Assembly (NCBI GenBank): GCA_964369335.1
Contig: CAYJFR010000002.1
Location: 1-34,958 of the forward strand
DNA length: 34,958 bases
Direction: 5' to 3'
DNA from: an uncultured Desulfovibrionaceae bacterium
GTDB taxonomy: Bacteria; Desulfobacterota; Desulfovibrionia; Desulfovibrionales; Desulfovibrionaceae
Positions within the stretch are counted from its first letter, which is position 1. The number at the start of each line of letters is the position of its first letter. This document shows, piece after piece, positions 17,410 through 27,500 of this stretch. Position numbers and translations under genes: made by a program. The notes beneath the pieces were generated by a model. The model made no database searches. It worked only from the letters and a program-made list of their open reading frames with translations, and was not told the origin of the DNA.

Positions 17410-18712
17410 ATCCATCTGCCACATAGTTTGTAGGTGCGCCGTTGATTAATTTTCTACCAAGTACGATGGTTTGCGCTTGTGCAATCACACTGTCAAAATT
17501 ACTTTCATATATTTTTTGACTGTTAAATAAAGCTACCTCTAAGGAAGGCAATAAAATAGTATTATGGCGTATATAGGATGTTACAACCTTAATATTGTGG
17601 AGTTTGTTAACATTCGCTTGAATTTCATTTACGAGTAATGATATAATTGCATTATTGCTTAGCTGGTAATCATCTCGGCGTATAGCTCTAGTCCTCTCCA
17701 TAAACATTTGGTATCTATTGATAATTGCATCATTAGAGTTCACACCCACAATAATAAAAAGATCTGCTCGTGAAATTTTTTCATAGTTTTTTATAATACA
17801 GTCATCTTCTTTTTTTATTATGCAATGGTATTGCCTAGCATCATGAGATTTTCCAAGTTTTGGACAGCTATCACATGCAAGGCAACTTGTAATATTACCT
17901 TGTATTAGTTCTATTATTTCAACATTATGTTTATTTTTCAGCGGTTCAAGATATGAATCTACTATAGCGTGATATTTTCTTTCTGCTGTATCCATAGTCA
18001 TGAGCACGCAAATATTAAGTGCTGGTGCAGGGAGAGTGCTTGCCATTCCTTGGGAAATAAGCTGGCTTGTATAGGTGTTTTTTTTTCCAACTTCATAACA
18101 GCGTTCAAGTCCCCAAGAGTCCTCTAGGGCTTTTGCCTTGTTCCCAGCAACTACCGTACCACCATACTGTGAGGTGCTTGGGCCATTACCCACAGCCATA
18201 GCGGATTGTGACAAAGCGTTCATGAGGGTATATATACACGCTGTCTCCTGACCACCGTTACGTTTTGCGCCAATGGAGAGGGAGCCCATAACTTTATTTT
18301 TTAGTAGATCATTTTCAGCGGCCCACTCATAAAACATACCAACGAGGCTTGACTGATCGCCAAAATACGTAGGGGTGCTTATAATAACGCCTTGCGCTTT
18401 ATTGAGCCGTTGCGTAAGGATTAGATTTTTTTCTTTTTTTATATTAGAGTTGGCAACAAGTTGTGTGTTATTGCTTGAGATGGAAAAAAAACTTCGCAGT
18501 GAGAGTATATCTATATCTGCCCCTTCTTGTCTGGCTGCAAATAAAGCAAAAGCAAGGGCTATATCAGAATTGGCAAAGAGTATTTGGGTATCAGAGATAG
18601 ATTTTTTTAGCTCTTCTTTTGACTTACTTGTGTAAATACATGTAAGTAAAGCATCTAAATGTGTATGCTTGGAACGAATTGAACCTGAAATTCCAAGTAT
18701 AGTTTGACTCAT
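17393..18712 (-). CDS. tandem flavodoxin-fold protein (NADPH-dependent FMN reductase-like + Isf-like Fe-S half)
   Basis: 439 aa. Half 1 carries ILGISGSIRS ... GVIISTPTYFGDQSS ... GAKRNGGQET (FMN-reductase-type blocks). Half 2 repeats the fold and carries CLACDSC plus a fourth Cys 15 residues later, a compact Cx2Cx2C...C cluster as in iron-sulfur flavoproteins. Confidence 0.6.
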   Translation of the reverse strand: MSQTILGISGSIRSKHTHLDALLTCIYTSKSKEELKKSISDTQILFANSDIALAFALFAARQEGADIDILSLRSFFSISSNNTQLVANSNIKKEKNLILTQRLNKAQGVIISTPTYFGDQSSLVGMFYEWAAENDLLKNKVMGSLSIGAKRNGGQETACIYTLMNALSQSAMAVGNGPSTSQYGGTVVAGNKAKALEDSWGLERCYEVGKKNTYTSQLISQGMASTLPAPALNICVLMTMDTAERKYHAIVDSYLEPLKNKHNVEIIELIQGNITSCLACDSCPKLGKSHDARQYHCIIKKEDDCIIKNYEKISRADLFIIVGVNSNDAIINRYQMFMERTRAIRRDDYQLSNNAIISLLVNEIQANVNKLHNIKVVTSYIRHNTILLPSLEVALFNSQKIYESNFDSVIAQAQTIVLGRKLINGAPTNYVADGYDEKS

Positions 18713-18827
18713 AATAACCTCATTTTAGAGAACATGTATATAATATTAATGTTTCAAATAAGCAATTTCGTGCCTTACGGTGTTATATGAAACTTGGTTG
18801 ATGGATTTATTATGCTATGATAATGCT

Positions 18828-21035
18828 CTATCTCTCTATTTTACCATATCCAGGTGAAAAAGATTCAGTTGAGAATGCTACACTTTCTTGCCATGTGCAG
18901 GTGTCAACTGCTATAATACTTGTAGGTAAAATACTGAACCGCCTAATAACTAAACCAGTTTTTAGCCGTAGGCAAGCTTTAATTTCGTGCGCACTTGTGT
19001 GTAAAACGCCCGCTTTTGTTTCGTCAGGCATCCAAAAAAGACCGTCCTTTTCAAAATTATTTTGTTCTTCTCCTTTGGGGCATGGGGCAAAGTGAGCGGC
19101 GGTGCTTCTATAAGCGTTACGCATGGTGGGGTGAGGTGTGTAGAGTCCCGTTCCGGAGTCTTTAATGATATCTTGTCCGCAGACAGTGAGTTCAATACCT
19201 AATCTATCGTTATGAGCGTGCCCACCATTTCCATTCTGGCCATTACTTCCTGCATTAAAGAGCGCGTATACATATTTTGAGCGATAAATATGTATATTGG
19301 CGTCAGGGTAATGTAGCCAAGCTCCGTTTTCTGTAAGGTCGATGTCCTGTTTTGCAGTATAGAGAATATACTGTTCTTCATGCATTGGAGCAGAATGAAC
19401 AGGCGCTTCACAAAAGCGTGGTGCAAAAGTAGGCTTTTCAAATTGTGGAATGGGGGCGTTTTTATGTAGTGATTGTATCAATGATGCTTCTAGAGCAAAG
19501 CCTTGTTCATGAAGTAGCGGGTCTTTAAATAAACCAGCAGACATTCCTATAACACCTCGATGGTCAAGCATATTTTCATCGAAGAAAGGTTCATTGCTTT
19601 GGGCATAAGAAGCTATGGCTTGAGTATAGCCTTGCAAATTGCTGTAAGCTTGCTCTGCTTCTAAAGATGAAATCCAATGGCCTTCTACGGTTAAGCGGAA
19701 AAAACGCCCTGAATCATTATCGCCCAACTGTGGTGAAGATCCATCAGGTTTTCGCATTTGCGCGGTGAATAAAGCCGCATGATGTAATTTTTTCCAGACA
19801 TGTTCTTCTAGAAGGTATGTGCCGCTTTTTTTATGTATAGCACTTGTTAAGCGTTGCGGCCAATTCGTGCTTAATAAAGGGTCTTCAGGAAGATACTTTT
19901 TTGAGATATTTTGCAATCTTTCGAGGCGGTGTAAAGGCAGACCGCTTAATAAGGCAGCAGCGCTGAGTGCCATTTCAAGGCTGAGACGATGATAAAAGGT
20001 AGAACCTTCAAAGTTTACTCCATCATCATAAAATTGTTTATCTATTTCGCTGTTGAGTTGGTCTGCAGCAAAAGCAAGCCATGCGTCAGTTTCACTTGTC
20101 GCTTCTAAGCTTGCTGCCACAAATGCAAGTCCACACACATTAGAAAGATAATGATTAGAGGTGAGCACAGACCACCATTCTAAATTATGCGCAATATAAT
20201 GCCCATGCCTGCGTAAGATTTGCCCCATTTCTCTTTTAAAATGCATATCTATAGCTTCAAGCTCCTCTTTTTGTCTAAAGAGGGTATATGCTAAAGCCAT
20301 ATTCGCTGCGCGTATGGCAACATCCATAGTGCACGCCCATTGCGCGCCAAGGCGAGGCGGGTTGGCAGCGGCAAAGTCTAAAACTTGATTTCTAAACTCG
20401 TGAGCAAGCATATTTGCTGTGTGGTCATTGCTTGCAAGCGCTGTAAAAGCCATCTGAGGTAAATGTTGGAGCCGGCCAATTTCCCAAGGGATTTTAATAT
20501 CGGCGCCCATATGTTTTCCTACGGGCTGTTGCTTTGCCCAGTGCCCTTCATCAAAGCGAAAACCACTTTTCACATCTCTTTGCCAGTCTATAAACGCATA
20601 ATCTTTTTGCGTTATGAGACTACGTAGGCGCAAAGTTTCTGCTTTGTGTGCTGAAGGAAGATGTGTTAGCGCATTGGTATGCGCTGTAGTATAGATGTGT
20701 CCATTGACACCAACAGGGGGGGAATTACCGTCCCAACACACCCAACCAGAACCCAATAAATCAAAACGGTGTGCACACCACAGAGAGCAGAGCTTTGCAG
20801 TTGTATTTACAGCTTCTTTATATTGTATTGTATCCACAGAACATAAAGGGTCTCCTATGGTTGCTGGCATAGGCTGTAAGGGCGTGTTAATATTTTCTTG
20901 TTTTTCAGCGCGCGCTTTCTGCCATTCTTTAAGCTTAGATTGCAACTTTATTTTTATTTTATGCATACTTTCGCGTGGAGGAAGAGTGCATAATTTATAA
21001 CCGTAATGGAGGATTTTTTTTATATGTGTTTTCAT
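18828..21035 (-). CDS. heparinase II/III-family protein (no signal peptide)
   Basis: 735 aa. The C-terminal block NGQNGNGGHAHNDRLGIEL (about nt 19201-19240) is the G-H-x-H-x-D-type motif of heparinase II/III-like domains. The N-terminal two-thirds are helical and include WEIGRLQHL. The N-terminus MKTHIKKILHYGYK... has no hydrophobic signal. Confidence 0.65.
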   Translation of the reverse strand: MKTHIKKILHYGYKLCTLPPRESMHKIKIKLQSKLKEWQKARAEKQENINTPLQPMPATIGDPLCSVDTIQYKEAVNTTAKLCSLWCAHRFDLLGSGWVCWDGNSPPVGVNGHIYTTAHTNALTHLPSAHKAETLRLRSLITQKDYAFIDWQRDVKSGFRFDEGHWAKQQPVGKHMGADIKIPWEIGRLQHLPQMAFTALASNDHTANMLAHEFRNQVLDFAAANPPRLGAQWACTMDVAIRAANMALAYTLFRQKEELEAIDMHFKREMGQILRRHGHYIAHNLEWWSVLTSNHYLSNVCGLAFVAASLEATSETDAWLAFAADQLNSEIDKQFYDDGVNFEGSTFYHRLSLEMALSAAALLSGLPLHRLERLQNISKKYLPEDPLLSTNWPQRLTSAIHKKSGTYLLEEHVWKKLHHAALFTAQMRKPDGSSPQLGDNDSGRFFRLTVEGHWISSLEAEQAYSNLQGYTQAIASYAQSNEPFFDENMLDHRGVIGMSAGLFKDPLLHEQGFALEASLIQSLHKNAPIPQFEKPTFAPRFCEAPVHSAPMHEEQYILYTAKQDIDLTENGAWLHYPDANIHIYRSKYVYALFNAGSNGQNGNGGHAHNDRLGIELTVCGQDIIKDSGTGLYTPHPTMRNAYRSTAAHFAPCPKGEEQNNFEKDGLFWMPDETKAGVLHTSAHEIKACLRLKTGLVIRRFSILPTSIIAVDTCTWQESVAFSTESFSPGYGKIER

Positions 21036-21412
21036 TTTTTTCCTGTTCGTTATGATTAAATCAGCGGGTTTAAGCTGCTAAATGAGGGGGTTTATATTTG
21101 ATTTATAAAGTAAATGGTAAAAGCTTGGCGTGTGAAATATAAAAGGGTATTTGCAGCCTTCATACTTCAATTTAGTCACCAAAAAGATTCGCTGTGATTT
21201 TATGGTAATAATAAGTATACGTAGCGAAACCTTATGCTTAATAGGTATTTATATAAGCTAAGGGCGTTAGTCAAGAAAAAAGCCTTTGAACAGGTGGGGT
21301 ATGATTTTATATCTGCTTGAATTATTATATTACGATACTAAAAATTATCAGAGAAATAGTCTTATAATTATATTATATAGTTATATTCATTTTTGCAATA
21401 TACAATGATTTC

Positions 21413-21462
21413 AAAAAAAGTTCGGCCAGTTTTCTCCAGTAAAGTACCGGAAAAACTGGCCG
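21413..21462 (-). terminator. intrinsic terminator of the giant adhesin gene
   Basis: CGGCCAGTTTT (21423-21433) pairs perfectly with AAAACTGGCCG (21452-21462). On the minus strand the hairpin is followed by AAC then TTTTTTT (plus-strand A run 21413-21419). It lies about 80 nt after the adhesin stop. Confidence 0.8.
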
Positions 21463-21540
21463 TTTAATTTCACCCTAGGGCTTTTTCCCTTGTCTGCTTG
21501 ACAGGGGACATGCCAAATAGAGGGGCTTTATGACAGTGAA

Positions 21541-24500
21541 TTAACCACCAACATTCAAGTTTACTTGTTGTACAAGGATAGTCATATCATTGTCATCGTT
21601 TTTGTATTCTTTGTATTCAACACCGTTCAATGTATGTGAATCTCCAGCAGTCCACTTCTCACTCTGTTCATTGAGTGATTGGTCATCGAACATACCGCCA
21701 TTGTCTTCATAGAGCTTTTGTAAAGCATCAGCGTCGCTAATATTACCACCGAACATAATAATTTCGGTATTGGTAATATTTCCATTGTTGAGCAGGCCTT
21801 TGACTTCTTCTATATTAGCTGCAGCGGCAAGGAGTATGTCCATACCGTCGCCACCGTCTACCAACACATCATTGATATTAATGTTGTCCAATTCGTTTTG
21901 GGTGAATAGATCAAGTTTAATGATGTCATTACCCTTACCACCAAGGATTTGCTTGTCGGTGATTTCAGCAAAGATAATGTCATCGCCGTCGCCACCGTCG
22001 ATGAAGTCAATGCCTTCACCGCCAGTAAGGGTGTCATTACCTATGCCACCATTGAGAATGTCATCACCGTCGCCACCGTCAAGAATATCATTACCTTTGC
22101 CACCGCCAAGATAATCATTGCCTCTGCCGCCGTCGATGGTGTCGTTACCTTGACCACCGGCAAGATGGTCATCACCGTTACCGCCATTGATGGTGTCGCG
22201 ACCGTCGCCACCAAATAAGGTATCATTATAGATGCTGCCTTTCATGGTGTCGTTTCCGTCACCGCCGTGAGCATTGGCACTACCACCTATATAACCTGAG
22301 AAGTCTATGGTGTCGTTTGTTTTACCAAAGGCAAAGTTTTCTACATTTTTAAAGTTTACGTCAACGCCCTGAATACCTGTCATTCCGCCGCCTGCTTGGA
22401 AAACATAAGTATTGTTTTCAACACCTATATTTGTGAGCTTTACAGTGTCATAACCCTCGCCGCCATCAATAGCATTACTGCCAAAACCTTGGCCGGAAAT
22501 AGCGCCATTAATATGGAGGAAATCATCTCCGTCATGGAGGTTAACAATATGCGAGTACACTCCTGAAGTTTTAGCAATCATGGCATTGGTACCGTCTCCT
22601 ATACGTATGACATCGTTAGTGTCTTTGCCATGGATAGTTTCACCAGATATACCTTTTGCTTCGAAGGCTTCATAGGTCTCTTTGATTTTAGGGTTCATGT
22701 CTGTATTGTATCTATCTGTATTCAATGTGACAGATACATCAGAGTTAGAAATGGAGCCATCAGCGTCATAGACTTTTACAGTCATGGTAGTGGTGGTGGG
22801 GTTTTTGAACATTTCTAAGCTATATGTGCCGTTGTCGTTTATGGTGATTTTACCAAGGCCGGCAATGGCTGTTTCTTGACCTACTTCTACCCTAACACCA
22901 TTGATGTCATACGCGCCTTTACCGTCAGCTCCAAAATCAGCTGAAATAGTACCGGTATATAAGTTGCTAGTGCCAAATGGGGTTGAGGTGTCGAGAACTT
23001 CTACATCAGAAGGTACATCGTCGCTGATGTTTGCCTCAATAGTGCCTTCAATGGTGTTGCCATTTTCTAAGGACATGGAGACAGTAAAGTCATCGTCAAG
23101 TTCCCTATCCGCAGAGTGATCTAAACCGCCATCTTTAGGAGTATAGGTATAGGTGAGCTCACCAGTAGCTTTATCATAACCTGTAACGAGAACACTACCA
23201 TATATACCTTCAGCTGCAGCATTGGTAAGCGTACCGTCAGCATTTACAACGACAGTGTCACCAATCTTGATTTCCTTAAAGTCATGCTTGCCAAAGAGTA
23301 ATGTTTTCTCTTCAGAAGCTTGACCATCAAGGCTTTCTGTCACGTTGACTACAGAAGGTGTTTCTATTTCTGTTACAGTAGGTTGATGAACATTAACATT
23401 GACTGTAACTGTATCAATATCACCGTCGCTGTCTTTTGCTTGTAAGGTAATCTCAAGGTCTTCGGGCAATGCTTTGTATTGCAATACTACCCACTGTTGA
23501 CTATCGCTTGTATAGCGTAGGCAAAAAGCAATCTTACCATCTGCGTCATAGCCATTGATTTCTGTTTCTGAGGTGTACTGCAACTTATAGCTTTCAGTAC
23601 CAATGATGAGATTTTCAACAGCCGTTGTGTGCGCATTTACAAAAGGAGGAATATCAGTGCCGTTAATGCTTGCAAAGCTGACTTCAACACCTTCTGCCGT
23701 ATCAGCGCCGTTCCAATCAAGGAAGCCCTTGGCATGAGTTCCATAACCTCCTGCAGAAGGGATGGCGTCATGTGCCATGCCATAGTCATGGATAGCGTCT
23801 GTAGCATCAATGGCGGTGTCATAAGCGCCACCTACAATCTTCAAATCTATGCCATCATCAACTATATCTACTTTAATGCTTGCTTCAGAGTCTCTGCCTT
23901 CAAAGTCAGTAATAGTCACTTCAAAGTTTTCTACACCTTGAGCAGTGTCGCCTGAAGTGCTGTGGTCATAAGGTTTGGTTTGTGTGTACGTGTATTTGAT
24001 GCTGCCATTGGTGTATACACCGTCACTATTTTTAGAGCCCATGTCCACTGCATCAATGGTCAAATAACCATTAGAGCCTTCAATCTGTGATACAGGTTTG
24101 CCATCACTATCAGTAATAACAGGCTTGCCGTTGTCATCAACAGTTATGGTGAAAGTTTTTCCAGAAATAGTAATGGTCAGCGCGCTTTGCCCTGTACCAA
24201 ACTCATCTGTCATATTTGTGTTAAAAGCAAAGCTTCCTTGTGCTTGTGCCAATGCATCCGCAGGAGCAGATGTAGATGGCTGAGTTTCATCATTATTATC
24301 TTTAGTAGCTGCATCTGCGTCGTATGTAGTGAGCACTTTTTCGGTAGCATCTGTAAATTCTGGAGGCTCATTTTCACCTTTAACAGTGACAATAACTTCC
24401 TTAGAATCCCAAGCGCCTTTTTCGTCTTGCACGTAAACGGTGAAGCTTTCAGTACGGGTTTCGCCTTTGTTGAGCTCTTGCACCTTTTCGTATAAAGCAA

Positions 24501-27500
24501 GAGCAGCAAGGTAGTCAGCATTACTTTCGTCATCTCCATAATCAGCAGGGTCAGGCTTGGAGAATAAGGTATAAGTATACTCTCCAGTATCTGCATCAAT
24601 GGTGAAGGTGCCGTACTCGCCCACTTGGCTAGTGTTACCATCTACACCGTCAGGATGATTCAGATCTTCGGTAATATCCGTGTCAAGCCCTTGCTCGCCA
24701 TAGTGCTCAAGAAGCGCTTTGGCAATTTCGTCTGCTGTACCTGTCTGAAGTTGTTCGATTAACTGCAAATAGATATTTACTTCTTGGTAGCCAAGGTTGA
24801 TGAGAAGCTCACCAGCAAGGCCAGCGTTCAAGATACCAGAACCATTAAGTTCTTCATCTGCACTCGCAAGTGCTTTTACAATGCTCTCAAGGTCAGCTTT
24901 AAGACCGTTAAGCTCAGTTTCGAGGGGGTCAATTTGGTCTTGTAAGTCTTTATTGACTCCAGCATCTAACTCAGCTTGTTCGTTATTAACGGCATCTTGT
25001 TCTTTATTAATTTCAGAATTTTTGTCAGCTATATCCTGTTTAGCGTCCGCAATGTCTTGTTTAGCGTCCTCAATATCTTGTTTAGCCTGATCAATCTGTT
25101 CTTGTATGAGATCTTTTTCGTCATCACTTTGGGCTTCATTAAGCTTTGCGTACAGACCTGTATCAAATCTATCGACTCGACTATCAACACCAAGATAATC
25201 TTCAAGATCAGCTAAGGCTTTATACAGCCCTGTAGCCTCTTGGGTAACAAATCCCCAAGATTTTTCCTCTTCAACACCAAGTGTATTTGTAAGGTCTTGA
25301 AGCTCTGCCTTAAGCTTATCAAGTTCAGTGCTGTCAGCCTTTTGCTTTTGTGCATCTAAGATATCGATTGCATTTTGCTTGTCTATAATAGCAGTTTCTG
25401 TAGTACCTTTTTCTTCTGTCTTTGCAGCGATAGTTTCTTCAAGTTCTGCTTTTCTTTCTACTTTTGCTTGAAGACCTGGGTTTTTAGCATACACAGCGTC
25501 TACTTTAGCTTGAAGGCTGTCCACGAGGGGCTGCACTATGGCATCAGCATTGTTATTAAGGTACTCTTCCAAAGTGATTTTGCTTTGTGGACCTGCTATA
25601 ACGCTGAAAGAAAGCTTATCACCAAGTGTTCCTGAAGAATCAGGGTCAGTGGCAGAAATTGTTCCCTTGATACTACCTTCTTCTTCGCTGATAGCAACTT
25701 CAAGCTTTTCTTCTGAATCAAAGGTAGGCTTATCATTGCTGCCTGTAACAGTGATTTCAAACTCTGTTTCGCTGGACTGACCAAACTTGTCATAGGCTGT
25801 GATAGTAAAGCTGTCCTTGGCAGTTTCGTCCTCATTTAATGCTTGGGTGTCTGCATTGTCATTGTTTAAGGTATACTCATAGCTACCGTCGGCATGCATA
25901 ACAAGGGTTCCGTATTCACCCTCAATGGTTTGAGTAATGGAGCCTTTGACAATGTTTAAGAGAGCTTCCACATTGACGGTATCGGTCACAAGGTCACCTA
26001 AAAGACCGATGATGGAGTTAATATCTGTAGAACCGTCAAGAATACCTTGTACATTTAAGCCAGTGCTGATGAGGTCAACAATATTGCCAATGCTGTCAGC
26101 AGAAAGACCAAGATCACCAATATTTGCCATAAGTGAACTTGTAAGACCCTCTACATCAAAGCCAAGGGCTGCGCCTGGAGCAATGATAAGCGGAGCGCCG
26201 TCGTCGTCACTGCCTATCTTTCCAGAGGCAGTACTGTCGCCTTCTTTGGTCAAGTTAGGGGAGAAATTAGCATCATCTTCAAGCTGCTTGGCAAGTTCAG
26301 CTTTAAGGTCATTTTCAAGTTCTTCTTGCAGTTCGTCAATCATTTTTGTGACTATACCACTTATAGTTGGAAAGTCTTTCAGTGAGTCTTCTACTGCGTC
26401 TTTAATAGGATCTGCAATATTACCAATAACACCACCGAGGGCATCACCAGTGAAACCTGCTATGACATCGCCGCCGTGTCCAGCTTCGGTTACATGAACA
26501 TCAGAACCCTCATGAAGATTGAGTTCAGGCGCGTCATTGGTGCCTTTTACGGTAACGGTGATATTTTGGCTGTCCCAAGCGCCGTTTTCATCTTTAACGG
26601 AGATGGTGAAGTTTTCTGTGGGCAGAGCGTCGTCATTATCGTCGCGATGTTGCAATGCCACATAGGCAAGGGCTGTGTCCACATTGTCTTTGGCTTCATC
26701 CCAAGTATATAATGTGTAGGTATACTCACCACTTTCAGGGTCAATGACCATTTTACCATACAAACCGTATACTACGTCATTACCTTCGGCATCTGTGCCT
26801 TTTTCGCCGTACTTAATGCCATCAAGGTCGTTGATTTTATCCAAAACAGGATTGCTTAAATCATCGCCAAGAGCTTTGTACAGTTCAGAGAACACATCGC
26901 TGTTGAGTATGTCATGGAGGGGGCTGTTGCTGTCCACATTGGTAAGGTCGAGGAACTTGTCCACAAGAGCCTCTAAGGTTGCATTGCCAAGCTCAGGACG
27001 TGTCACATTGAGGTCGTATTCAAGTGTTGCGGTTTCACCTGCATCAACATCGGTGCCAGAGAATGTACCTGTGATAGAGTTAGCTGTATTACCTGTATTT
27101 TCGGTAATTTCACGAGCAATATCAGCATCTTTACCGTCAATAAGGAGATTAGGCTTGTCGTTAGTGCCTTCTACAGTGAGTGTGACTGTAACACTGTCTG
27201 TGCCCACGGAATAACCATCGCCTTGGTCATCAGAAACATTAAATTCAAACTTTACGAATTCTTTGTCACCTTCATTGAGGCTGTCTGCTTTGTCTTGGTC
27301 AACAACAAAGATATAGCCTCCTGTTGCTGAATTTAAGTACAAGGTACCGTAAGGGCTCTCTAAAGTAGAATCATAAGAGAAGACATCAAGGTCAGCGGCA
27401 TCGCCTAAAATGCTGAAGTCGCCTACAAGGTCTTTGAGGGTAAGGTCACCAGAAGTATTGTCGCCACCAGTAACACTGAAAGTGAGTTTTTCAACGTCAA

